Assembly (NCBI RefSeq): GCF_035605935.1
Contig: NZ_DATNGK010000266.1
Coordinates: 24,688-88,687 of the forward strand
Reading direction: 5' to 3'
DNA: 64,000 nt
Source of the DNA: Actinocrinis sp.
GTDB taxonomy: Bacteria > Actinomycetota > Actinomycetes > Streptomycetales > Catenulisporaceae
Shown: one piece after another, positions 55,896-64,000 of the stretch
Layout: each line of letters opens with the position of its first letter
Position numbering within the stretch: position 1 is the stretch's first letter
Position numbers and translations under genes: made by a program
Notes under the pieces: generated by a model
Seen by the model: only the letters and a program-made list of their open reading frames with translations
What the model was told of the DNA's origin: nothing
The model's database searches: none

Positions 55896-56003
55896 GCACA
55901 ACGCAGAGCACGAGTACGACGAGCGACGAGCACTGATAAGCCGGGCCCGGCTGGGCGGCCGGCGGCATTCCCGAGGAAGGTTCGACTATGACAGAGGCGC
56001 GAC

Positions 56004-57791
56004 ATGGTTGTTAACGCTAACAATCATGGCGGTGGGGACCGGTACGTGATCGGAGTGGACTTCGGCACGCTGTCGGGACGCGCCCTGGTGGTCCGGGTCG
56101 AGGATGGCGCGGAGCTGGGGACCGCGGTGCACGAGTACGCCCACGGCGTGATCGACGAGGCGCTGCCGAATTCGGCCGGCGGCCGCGCACTGCCGCCGGA
56201 CTGGGCGCTTCAGCACCCTGACGACTATCGCGAGGTGCTGCGCCGCGCGGTGCCCGCAGCCGTGGCCGCGGCCGGTGTCGACCCGGCGCAGGTCATCGGG
56301 ATCAGCACCGACTTCACCGCCTGCACCGTGCTGCCGACCCTGGCCGACGGTACCCCGCTGTGCGAGCTCGACGAGTTCCGTGACCGGCCGCACGCCTACG
56401 TGAAGCTGTGGAAGCACCACGCCGCGCAGCCGCAGGCCGACCGGATCAATACTCTGGCACACAAGCGCCCCGAGCCGTGGATCGCCCGGTACGGCGGCAA
56501 GATCTCCTCCGAGTGGGAGTACGCCAAGGGCCTGCAACTGCTGGAGGAGGACGCGGAGATCTACGCGCGCACCGAGCGCTGGATCGAGGCGGCCGACTGG
56601 ATCACCTGGCAGCTATGCGGCAGCGAGACGCGCAACGCCTGCACCGCCGGTTACAAGGGCATCCTGCAGGACGGCGTGCGCCCCTCGGCGACCTTCCTCA
56701 CCACGCTCAACGCCGGTTTCGCCGACTTCAACGACAAGCTCGACCTGGCCCCCGGCGCGCCGGGCATCTCCCCGCTCGGCGCGCGGGCCGGGTCGCTCAC
56801 CGCGCAGGCCGCCGCCTGGACCGGACTGCCTGAGGGCATCGCGGTCAGCGTCGGGAACGTGGACGCGCACGTGACCGCCCCGGCCGCGCAGGCCATCGAG
56901 CCCGGCCAGATGGTCGCCATCATGGGCACCTCCACCTGCCACGTGATGAACGGCGAGCAGCTGGCCGAGGTCCCCGGCATGTGCGGAGTGGTCGACGGCG
57001 GCATCGTCGACGGGCTGTGGGGCTACGAGGCCGGGCAGAGCGGCGTCGGCGACATCTTCGCCTGGTTCACCGAGCAGTCCACGCCCGGCTACGTCCAGGC
57101 CGAGGCCGCAGAGCGCGGTATCTCCGTGCACGAACTGCTCACCGAGCAGGCTGCCGCGCAACCGGTCGGCGCGCACGGACTGGTCGCGCTGGACTGGCAC
57201 AGCGGCAACCGCTCGGTCCTGGTCGATCACCACCTCTCCGGCGTGATCGCCGGCCTGACGCTCAGCACCAAGCCGCACGAGGTCTACCGCGCGCTGCTGG
57301 AAGCGACGGCGTTCGGCACCCGCGTGATCATCGACGCGTTCGAAGAGAGCGGCGTGCCGGTCAACGAGTTCGTGGTCGCCGGCGGCCTGCTGCGCAACAG
57401 CTTCCTGATGCAGCTGTACGCCGACATCACCCGCCGTCCGCTCAGCCTGATCGGCTCGTCGCAAGGTCCGGCGCTCGGTTCCGCGATCCACGCCGCCGTC
57501 GCCGCCGGGGCGTACCCGGACGTGCCGACCGCCGCGCGTTCGATGGGCAAGATCGAACGCGCCGCGTACACCCCGGACCCGAAGCGCGCCTCGGCCTATG
57601 ACGCGCTCTACGCCGAATACCTTCGGCTGCACGACTACTTCGGGCGCGGCGCCAACGAGGTGCTGCACCGGCTGCGCGAACTGCGGATCGAAGCCCTCGC
57701 TGACTGTGATTCAGCAGAGCGTGATTCAGCAGCGTCCGATTCAGCACAGCGTGATTCAGCAACGCTCAATGCAACAGGGGCGGAGGCCTGA
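56004..57791 (+). CDS. araB: Ribulokinase (FGGY family) with a C-terminal pentapeptide-repeat extension
   Basis: 'YVIGVDFGTLSGRA' is the FGGY N-terminal motif, and the length and order with araD and araA fit. The true start may be the GTG at 56046 (RBS GGTGGGGA), which would leave the operator in the leader. Confidence 0.85.
   Translation: MVVNANNHGGGDRYVIGVDFGTLSGRALVVRVEDGAELGTAVHEYAHGVIDEALPNSAGGRALPPDWALQHPDDYREVLRRAVPAAVAAAGVDPAQVIGISTDFTACTVLPTLADGTPLCELDEFRDRPHAYVKLWKHHAAQPQADRINTLAHKRPEPWIARYGGKISSEWEYAKGLQLLEEDAEIYARTERWIEAADWITWQLCGSETRNACTAGYKGILQDGVRPSATFLTTLNAGFADFNDKLDLAPGAPGISPLGARAGSLTAQAAAWTGLPEGIAVSVGNVDAHVTAPAAQAIEPGQMVAIMGTSTCHVMNGEQLAEVPGMCGVVDGGIVDGLWGYEAGQSGVGDIFAWFTEQSTPGYVQAEAAERGISVHELLTEQAAAQPVGAHGLVALDWHSGNRSVLVDHHLSGVIAGLTLSTKPHEVYRALLEATAFGTRVIIDAFEESGVPVNEFVVAGGLLRNSFLMQLYADITRRPLSLIGSSQGPALGSAIHAAVAAGAYPDVPTAARSMGKIERAAYTPDPKRASAYDALYAEYLRLHDYFGRGANEVLHRLRELRIEALADCDSAERDSAASDSAQRDSATLNATGAEA
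56009..56022. promoter_or_regulatory. LacI-type operator-like palindrome TGTTAACGCTAACA at the araB 5' end
   Basis: It is palindromic at 12 of 14 positions and overlaps the first codons if araB starts at 56004. Confidence 0.45.
57706..57766 (+). repeat. 15-bp tandem repeat x4 (core GATTCAGCA at 57709, 57724, 57739 and 57754), in frame at the araB 3' end
   Basis: The exact 15-nt periodicity was read directly. It encodes (C/R/S/R)DSA(E/A/Q/T). Confidence 0.85.
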
Positions 57792-58510
57792 TGAGCATCC
57801 AATCCCACGAGATTGACCCGCTGCTGCGCGCGAAGATCACCCGGCTGCGTGCGGAGGTCTGCGCGCTGCACGCGCTGCTGCCGAGCAACAACCTGGTCGC
57901 CTGGACTTCCGGCAACGTCTCGGCGCGCGTGCCGGGCGCGGAGCTGATGGTGATCAAGCCCAGCGGCCTTGACTACGAGGACCTGACTCCCGAGTCGATG
58001 GTGCTGTGCGATCTGGACGGCAACGTCGTCGAGGGCGCATACAAGCCGTCCAGCGACACCGGCTCGCACGCCTACGTCTACCGGCACCGGCCCGAGGTCG
58101 GCGGCGTGGTGCATACGCACTCGACCTACGCGACGGCCTGGTCCGCACGCGCCGAGGCGATTCCCTGCGTGATCACCGCGATGGCCGACGAGTTCGGCGG
58201 CGAGATCCCGGTCGGGCCGTTCGCCCTCATCGGCGACGAGGCGATCGGCAAGGGCATCGTCGAGACGCTGGCCGGGCACCGCTCCCCCGCGGTCCTGATG
58301 CGCAACCACGGCGTGTTCACCATCGGCAAGGATGCCCGCTCGGCGGTCAAAGCCGCGGTGATGACCGAGGACGTGGCCCGCACCGTGCACCTGGCCCGCG
58401 CCTACGGCGAGCCGATCCCGATCCCGAGCGCCGACATCGACGCCCTCTACGACCGATACACCAACGTCTACGGACAGCAGCCCTCTGCGGACGGAGTCAA
58501 CCAACAATGA
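57791..58510 (+). CDS. araD: L-ribulose-5-phosphate 4-epimerase
   Basis: It is class II aldolase/adducin-like ('GNVSAR', 'MVIKPSG', 'HTHS.YATAW', 'LM.NHG.FT.G'). Its ATG overlaps the araB stop. Confidence 0.9.
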   Translation: MSIQSHEIDPLLRAKITRLRAEVCALHALLPSNNLVAWTSGNVSARVPGAELMVIKPSGLDYEDLTPESMVLCDLDGNVVEGAYKPSSDTGSHAYVYRHRPEVGGVVHTHSTYATAWSARAEAIPCVITAMADEFGGEIPVGPFALIGDEAIGKGIVETLAGHRSPAVLMRNHGVFTIGKDARSAVKAAVMTEDVARTVHLARAYGEPIPIPSADIDALYDRYTNVYGQQPSADGVNQQ

Positions 58511-60063
58511 CGTCACTGGACGCCGCCCCCGGGTCCCTCTCCGGAGCCCCCCGGCGGCAGGTCTGGTTCCTCACGGGGAGTCAGGGCCTTTACGGCGAGG
58601 ATACGCTGCGGCAGGTCGCCGACCAGTCCCGCGCGATCGCCGAGCAGCTTTCCGCGGCGCTCGGGGAGGGCGCCGACGGATCTACCGGCCCGGTCGAGCT
58701 GGTCTGGAAGCCGGTGCTCACCGACGCGGCCGCGATCCGGCGGCTGTGCCTCGACGCGAACGGCGAGGACAACTGCGTCGGCCTGATCGCGTGGATGCAC
58801 ACCTTCTCGCCGGCCAAGATGTGGATATCGGGGCTCGACGCGCTGCGCAAGCCGCTGCTGCACCTGCACACGCAGGCGAACGTGGCGCTGCCGTGGTCGA
58901 CGATCGACATGGACTTCATGAACCTTAACCAGGCCGCGCACGGCGACCGCGAGTTCGGGTTCGTGCAGACCCGGCTCGGCGTGCCGCGCAAGACCGTGGC
59001 CGGGCATGTGAGCGACCCGAGCGTGGCCGAGCGGATCGGCACCTGGGTCCGCGCCGCGCAGGGGCTCGCCGAGGTGCGCACGCTGAAGCTGGCCCGGTTC
59101 GGCGACAACATGCGCGACGTCGCGGTGACCGAGGGCGACAAGGTCGAGGCGCAGCTGCGCTTCGGCGTCTCGGTCAACACCTATGGCGTCAACGACCTGG
59201 TCGCGGTGGTCGACGCGATCACCGACTCGCGGATCGACGACCTGGTCAAGCAGTACGAGGACGAATACCGCGTCGCGCCCGAGCTGCGCAGCGGCGGCGA
59301 GCGGCACGACTCGCTGCGGTACGCCGCGCGCATCGAGCTCGGCCTGCGCGACTTCCTGACCTCGGGCGGCTTCCGGGCCTTCACCACCAACTTCGAGGAC
59401 CTCGGCGGGCTACGGCAGCTGCCGGGCCTGGCGGTGCAGCGGCTGATGGCCGACGGCTACGGCTTCGGCGGCGAGGGCGACTGGAAGACCTCGGTGTTGC
59501 TGCGCACGGTCAAGGCGATGGCGGCGGGCCGGCCCGGCGGTACCTCGTTCATGGAGGACTACACCTACAACTTCGAGCCCGGCCGCGAGGTCATCCTCGG
59601 CGCGCACATGCTCGAGGTCTGTCCCTCCATCGCGACCGAGACACCGTCCTGCGAGATCCACCCGCTCGGCATCGGCGGGCGCGAGGACCCAGTGCGCCTG
59701 GTCTTCGACGCGCAGCCCGGTCCGGCCGTGGTGGTCGGGCTCGCGGACCTCGGCGAGCGCTTCCGCCTGGTGGCCAACGAAATCGACGTGCTGCCTCCGC
59801 TCGAGCCGCTGCCCAAGCTGCCGGTGGCCCGCGCGGTGTGGACGCCACGGCCGAACCTGCGTACCTCCGCGGAGGCGTGGCTGACCGCGGGCGCCCCGCA
59901 CCACACGGTCATGTCTTCCGCGGTCGGCGCCGAGGAACTGCACGACCTGGCCGAGATGCTCTCGGTCGAGCTGCTGGTGATCGACGCCGACACCACCGTC
60001 CGCCAATTCACCAGGGAGCTGCGATGGAACCAGGCCTACCACCGCCTGGCGCAGGGCTTCTAA
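58507..60063 (+). CDS. araA: L-arabinose isomerase
   Basis: Motifs are '[12 protein letters not shown]', '[11 protein letters not shown]', '[13 protein letters not shown]' and 'FMEDYTY'. The ATG at 58507 overlaps the araD stop (ATGA). Confidence 0.9.
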   Translation: MTSLDAAPGSLSGAPRRQVWFLTGSQGLYGEDTLRQVADQSRAIAEQLSAALGEGADGSTGPVELVWKPVLTDAAAIRRLCLDANGEDNCVGLIAWMHTFSPAKMWISGLDALRKPLLHLHTQANVALPWSTIDMDFMNLNQAAHGDREFGFVQTRLGVPRKTVAGHVSDPSVAERIGTWVRAAQGLAEVRTLKLARFGDNMRDVAVTEGDKVEAQLRFGVSVNTYGVNDLVAVVDAITDSRIDDLVKQYEDEYRVAPELRSGGERHDSLRYAARIELGLRDFLTSGGFRAFTTNFEDLGGLRQLPGLAVQRLMADGYGFGGEGDWKTSVLLRTVKAMAAGRPGGTSFMEDYTYNFEPGREVILGAHMLEVCPSIATETPSCEIHPLGIGGREDPVRLVFDAQPGPAVVVGLADLGERFRLVANEIDVLPPLEPLPKLPVARAVWTPRPNLRTSAEAWLTAGAPHHTVMSSAVGAEELHDLAEMLSVELLVIDADTTVRQFTRELRWNQAYHRLAQGF

Positions 60064-60099
60064 GAGCCCTGCCGAGCGAATCCGCGGCTCACAAAGACC

Positions 60100-60133
60100 C
60101 CCCGGCCGCGCTGCCGCACCAGTGCGGCCGGGG
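60100..60133 (+). terminator. GC-rich hairpin after araA (10-bp stem CCCCGGCCGC / GCGGCCGGGG, 14-nt loop)
   Basis: Read directly, 37 nt after the araA stop. Confidence 0.55.
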
Positions 60134-60164
60134 TGACCAGTACCACCCTCACCAGCACCACCCG

Positions 60165-60200
60165 CAGTACCCGCACCACCGGCAGTACCCGCACCACCGG
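60165..60200. repeat. Perfect 18-bp tandem direct repeat x2 (CAGTACCCGCACCACCGG) inside a degenerate repeat tract
   Basis: Read directly. It lies between the araA terminator and the ABC transporter operon start (60260). Confidence 0.75.
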
Positions 60201-60259
60201 CTGTACCGCACAAAAGGCTCGTTCCGACCTATCCACCACATGAAGGGCACCGATCAACG

Positions 60260-61435
60260 ATGATTGGCACACAAACGACCCGGTCCATCGCGGCGGTCTC
60301 GGCTGCCGCGCTGCTGGCCCTCTCGGCCGCCGCCTGTTCGAAGTCGAGCACCGGCTCGTCCGCGGGCAGCGCTCCGTCCGGTGGCGCCAGCGTCGCCAGC
60401 AACTGCCTGACCTCGCCGACCGCCACGCCGAACCCGGCCACCGACCCGGTCGGCTTCAACCAGGCGAACCTGGCCGACCTGGACAAGGCGCTCAAGTGCG
60501 CGATGAACGGCAAGGACCTGTCCTCGGTCAACATCGCCATGGTGGTCAACGTGGCGGCCGCCTACTGGAAGGCCGGTCAGACCGGATTCCTCAAGGGCTG
60601 CGCTGACCTGGGCATCTCCAACAGCAAGTGCACCTACTTCGCCCCGCCGAACGGCAAGCTGACTGAGCAGACCAGTGAGCTCGAGACGCTGCGCTCGCAG
60701 GGCGTGACCGGCTACTCGATCTCCGCGATCGACCCGGCCACCGCTAAGGGCACCATCGCCACCGACACCGCAGCCGGCATCGACGTGCTCGCGATCGACT
60801 CGCCGCTGCCCGGCACCGCCGCAGCCTCGCTGTACCTCGGCACCGTCAACTACGACGCCGGGTTCGCCGCGGGCACCCAGATGAAGAAGGTCCTCAACGG
60901 CACCGGCAAGGTGGCGATCCTGGTCGGCTCGCTCACCGCGTCGAACGCCACCCAGCGCATCGCCGGCTTCAAGGCGGCCATCGGTTCGGGCATCTCGGTC
61001 GTCCAGACCGTCAACGACGACCTGTCCGCGAGCACCGCGACATCTGACGCGGAGACCATCCTCGCGAACAACCCGGACGTCAACGGCCTCTACGGCGTGT
61101 ACTCGTACGACGGCGGCGCCCTGGCCAGCGCAGTGACCACGGCCCACAAGACCGCCACGGTGCACATCGTGTCGGACGACTCGGACCCGGACACCCTGGC
61201 CGCGATCAGCTCTGGCGTCATCTCCGGCACCATCGTGCAGATGCCGTACGAGCAGGGCTACACCGGCGCCTACATCCTGGCTGCGGAGAAGGTCCTGGGT
61301 AAGGACGCGACGATGAACATCATCAAGCCGTACCTCGCCTCCGACGGCACCACCCTCAGCTCGGGCGTCGGCGTGATCACCAAGGACGACCTGAGCCAGT
61401 ACAACTCGCTCGCCTCCTCCCTGGGAATCAGCTAA
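60260..61435 (+). CDS. Sugar ABC transporter substrate-binding lipoprotein (periplasmic-binding-protein type I)
   Basis: The lipobox is 'LLALSAAAC'. A Ser/Gly-rich tether and a PBP1 fold follow ('VAILVGSLTASNATQRI.GF', 'DG.ALASAV'). Confidence 0.85.
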   Translation: MIGTQTTRSIAAVSAAALLALSAAACSKSSTGSSAGSAPSGGASVASNCLTSPTATPNPATDPVGFNQANLADLDKALKCAMNGKDLSSVNIAMVVNVAAAYWKAGQTGFLKGCADLGISNSKCTYFAPPNGKLTEQTSELETLRSQGVTGYSISAIDPATAKGTIATDTAAGIDVLAIDSPLPGTAAASLYLGTVNYDAGFAAGTQMKKVLNGTGKVAILVGSLTASNATQRIAGFKAAIGSGISVVQTVNDDLSASTATSDAETILANNPDVNGLYGVYSYDGGALASAVTTAHKTATVHIVSDDSDPDTLAAISSGVISGTIVQMPYEQGYTGAYILAAEKVLGKDATMNIIKPYLASDGTTLSSGVGVITKDDLSQYNSLASSLGIS

Positions 61436-61437
61436 CG

Positions 61438-63021
61438 ATGAGTCTGCCCCAAAGCCCTGCAACATCGGGCACCCCCAGCCGCGCGGTTCTCGCGCGGCTG
61501 CGGGGGGTGCACAAGACCTACGGCCCGGTACGGGTGTTGGACCTCCCTGAACTCGACCTGTATGCAGGGCAGGTCGTCGGGGTGGTCGGGGAAAACGGCG
61601 CGGGCAAGTCCACGCTGATGGGCACTCTCGCCGGCTCCGTCCACCGGGACGGCGGAGAGATCGAGATCGACGGCGCGCCGCTGGTACCCGGTTCCACCCA
61701 TGCCGCGCAGGACCTGGGCGTAGCCCTGGTCTCGCAGGAGTTCCCGCTGGTTGGGCAACTCTCCGTGGCGGAGAACCTGCTGCTCGGGCGGCGCCCGAAG
61801 GAGTCGAAGCGCAAGGTGCTGACGGACCGGCGGGCGCAGCGTGCCGAGGCCGTCGCCATCCTGGCCAGGATCGGCGTGACCGAGCGGGAGATCCCGGTCG
61901 GCCGCACGGTGCGCACCCTTCCGGTGCCCGCGCGGCAGCTGATCGAGATCGCCAAAGCCTTCGGCCGCAAGCCCCGGCTGCTCATCCTCGATGAGCCGAC
62001 CTCATCGCTCGGCCCGGTCGAGGCGGCGCGCGTGCTGCGTCTGGCCCGGCAGCTGGCCGACGAGGGCGGCACGGTGCTGTTCATCGGCCACCGGCTCGAT
62101 GAGGTGCGTCAGGTCAGCGACCGGATCATCGTGCTTCGCAACGGCCGGCTCGTCGCGGACCTGGATCGCGCGGAGGCGAGCGAAGACCGGTTGATCCGCG
62201 AGATGGTCGGCGGTGAGATCGCGCACAGCGAGCCGAAGGTCGCCGACCGGGAGAAGCCGGTGTTGCTGACCATCAAGGGTCTGACCGCCGACGGCCTCGG
62301 CCCGGTCGACTTGGAGGTGCGCGCGGGCGAGATCATGGGCATTGCCGGGCTGATGGGTTCTGGTCGCAGCCGGCTGATCCACACCGTGGCGGGCGCTCAA
62401 CCCGCCACCGGCGGCACCATGCAGCTGGAAGGCGCGGCTTACGCGCCTCACGGCGTCGGAGACGGCGCGCAGGCGGGGATCGCGCTGATTCCGGAGGACC
62501 GCAAGGAACAGTCGCTCGTCCTGTTCGCCCCGATCAAGGACAACGTGACCGTCGGCATCCTGCGCAAGATCAGCTCCCGCGGCGTGCTCGGCCCGCGGCG
62601 CAGGCGCCAGGAGGGCCAGCGGATCGCCGAGAGCGTCAACGTGCGGATGCAGTCGGTCGAGCAGCCGATCGGCTCGCTCTCTGGCGGCAACCAGCAGCGG
62701 GCGATCTTCGGGCGGGCCTTCGCCTCCAACCCGAAGCTGCTGCTGCTCGACGAGCCGACCCGTGGCGTCGACGTCGGCGCCAAAGCCGAGATCTACGAGT
62801 TGATCGATCGCGCTGCGGCACAGGGCATGGCGGTTCTGGCGGCTTCCTCCGAGCTGGAGGAACTGCTGTGGATCTGCAACCGGATCGCGGTGATGAACCA
62901 CGGCCGCGTCGTCGAGGTACTGGAACGAGCCGAGGCCACTAAGGAACGAATCATGACCGCGGCCGCGGGCACAGCCGTGTCCACGCTGAACGGGCCGCTT
63001 ACGAACGGAGCAGTCGCGTGA
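61438..63021 (+). CDS. Sugar ABC transporter ATP-binding protein (tandem ABC domains, RbsA/AraG/MglA-like)
   Basis: Features are Walker A 'GENGAGKST', 'LILDEPTSSL', the second-domain signature 'LSGGNQQR' and 'LLLDEPTRGVD'. Confidence 0.9.
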   Translation: MSLPQSPATSGTPSRAVLARLRGVHKTYGPVRVLDLPELDLYAGQVVGVVGENGAGKSTLMGTLAGSVHRDGGEIEIDGAPLVPGSTHAAQDLGVALVSQEFPLVGQLSVAENLLLGRRPKESKRKVLTDRRAQRAEAVAILARIGVTEREIPVGRTVRTLPVPARQLIEIAKAFGRKPRLLILDEPTSSLGPVEAARVLRLARQLADEGGTVLFIGHRLDEVRQVSDRIIVLRNGRLVADLDRAEASEDRLIREMVGGEIAHSEPKVADREKPVLLTIKGLTADGLGPVDLEVRAGEIMGIAGLMGSGRSRLIHTVAGAQPATGGTMQLEGAAYAPHGVGDGAQAGIALIPEDRKEQSLVLFAPIKDNVTVGILRKISSRGVLGPRRRRQEGQRIAESVNVRMQSVEQPIGSLSGGNQQRAIFGRAFASNPKLLLLDEPTRGVDVGAKAEIYELIDRAAAQGMAVLAASSELEELLWICNRIAVMNHGRVVEVLERAEATKERIMTAAAGTAVSTLNGPLTNGAVA

Positions 63022-64000
63022 GCACCCAGACCACCCTTCCGCCGGCCGGTGCCCAGGGCACCGCGCAGCCGGCGCAGCGCAGCGGCCTGACCAGGCTGCT
63101 GATCGAGACCCCGGAGACGGGCGTCATCGCGGCGTGCGTCGTCTTCTTCATCCTGATCTCGTTCAAGGCGCCGACCTTCCACAGCGTGGGCAACCTCCAG
63201 GTGGTGGGCCGCGACCTCGGCCAGACCGGCATCCTCGCGATCGGCGAGTCCCTGGTCATCCTGACCGGCGGAATCGACCTGTCGGTCGGCGCGCTGGCCG
63301 GCCTGGCCGGCATCCTGGCGGCCTGGTTCAACGTAAGCGGGCACATGCCGGCCCCGCTGGCGATCCTGCTGACCATCGTCATCTGCGGGATCGCCGGGCT
63401 CTGGCACGGTCTGATGGTGACCCGCCTGAACGTGCCACCATTCGTGATCACCCTGGTGACATATACGGTCACCATCGGCGCGGCGCTGGCGATCACCTCG
63501 GGCACGCCGATCAGTGGCACCGACCCGCTGTTCCAGAACCTGAGCGCGTTCTATGTGGGCCAGATCCCGGTTCCGGCGCTGATCTTCGTGGGCGCGGTGA
63601 TCATCACCTGGTTCCTGCTTGAACGCACCTATGTCGGCCGCCAGATCTACGCGGTGGGCGGCAACAAGGAGGCGGCGCGGCTCGCGGCGATCCCGATCAA
63701 GCGCCGGATCACCTCGGTGTACGTCGCCAGCGCGGCGCTCGCCGGCGTGGTCGGCGTGCTGACCGTCGGCCGGGAGAGCGGCACGGCCGACCCCTCGGTC
63801 GGCGGCTCCGGGTGGGAGCTGATCGCCATCGCGGCGGCAGTGGTCGGCGGCGTCTCGCTGTTCGGCGGCGAGGGCCGGATCATCGGCATCGCGGCCGGCG
63901 CGATCCTGCTGGAGATCATCCACAACGGCCTGCTGTCCATGCACGTGAACCAGTACGACATCCAGATGGTTCAGGGCGCCGTGCTCGGCGTCGCGATCCT
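63018..64000 (+). CDS. Sugar ABC transporter permease (RbsC/AraH-like), 3'-truncated by the window end
   Basis: It is absent from the ORF track because no stop falls inside the window. GTG at 63018 overlaps the ATPase stop (GTGA). My translation reads 'VSTQTT...LLIETPETGVIAACVVFFILISF...GILAIGESLVILTGGIDLSVGALAGLAG...', with the family motif GGIDLSVG. Confidence 0.8.
   Translation, partial: MSTQTTLPPAGAQGTAQPAQRSGLTRLLIETPETGVIAACVVFFILISFKAPTFHSVGNLQVVGRDLGQTGILAIGESLVILTGGIDLSVGALAGLAGILAAWFNVSGHMPAPLAILLTIVICGIAGLWHGLMVTRLNVPPFVITLVTYTVTIGAALAITSGTPISGTDPLFQNLSAFYVGQIPVPALIFVGAVIITWFLLERTYVGRQIYAVGGNKEAARLAAIPIKRRITSVYVASAALAGVVGVLTVGRESGTADPSVGGSGWELIAIAAAVVGGVSLFGGEGRIIGIAAGAILLEIIHNGLLSMHVNQYDIQMVQGAVLGVAI

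Noticed and set aside
57706-57766. Possible CRISPR-like array, given its regular 15-bp periodicity.
   Set aside because: The units are contiguous with no spacers, are far shorter than CRISPR repeats and lie in frame inside araB. No cas genes are in the window.
1-64000. A genomic island or prophage signature (integrase, transposase, tRNA attachment site, abrupt composition shift).
   Set aside because: None was seen. Composition and codon bias look uniform apart from short intergenic dips. The DUF1906-like gene (27334-28098) is endolysin-like in fold family, but no phage structural or integration genes sit near it.

Overview
This is a very high-GC, densely coding chromosomal segment from an actinomycete. 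It looks Streptomyces-like, based on a WhiJ/BldB-type XRE+DUF397 pair, STAS proteins and frequent GTG starts with 4-nt start/stop overlaps. I support about 52 protein-coding genes and found no rRNA, tRNA, CRISPR array, transposase or integrase. Most long ORFs in the six-frame track are antisense or N-terminal-extension artefacts typical of high-GC DNA, so starts were re-picked from RBS, signal-peptide and homologue logic.

Recognisable content:
- A secreted CBM2 protein, pantothenate kinase (coaA), and CBS, STAS and MFS genes.
- A Ser/Thr kinase next to an XRE/DUF397 pair.
- A translationally coupled GH16 (laminarinase + ricin lectin) and 1523-aa multi-domain GH3 operon.
- fumC divergent from a lactate 2-monooxygenase, an EF-hand protein, an AidB-like acyl-CoA dehydrogenase, arfB, an APC permease and a TetR/DHA2-MFS pair.
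- A complete L-arabinose locus: LacI-type regulator, araB, araD, araA and a sugar ABC transporter that is cut at the window end.

Most interesting accessory content:
1. A four-gene operon with GTGA overlaps at every junction (33541-36651). It encodes a small helical WXG-like protein, a T7SS-style 'LGFNPxPG...WQG' effector with a coiled coil and a small-xxx-small membrane hairpin, and two unrecognisable soluble proteins. No ESX machinery is present in the window.
2. A five-gene ApbE-linked putative transmembrane electron-transfer operon (36665-40218). Its first gene is only a membrane anchor, a Ser/Thr-rich linker and a C-terminal TSGGS.
3. An operon with a PrmC-related methyltransferase (NVPY motif) followed by two paralogous ~1000-aa helical-repeat proteins that share a CxxC...C...H motif (47273-54387).
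4. A caspase-like protein whose catalytic His position reads Tyr, fused to ~650 aa of helical repeats (15213-17990).

All functional calls rest on motif and architecture recognition by eye. No database search was run.
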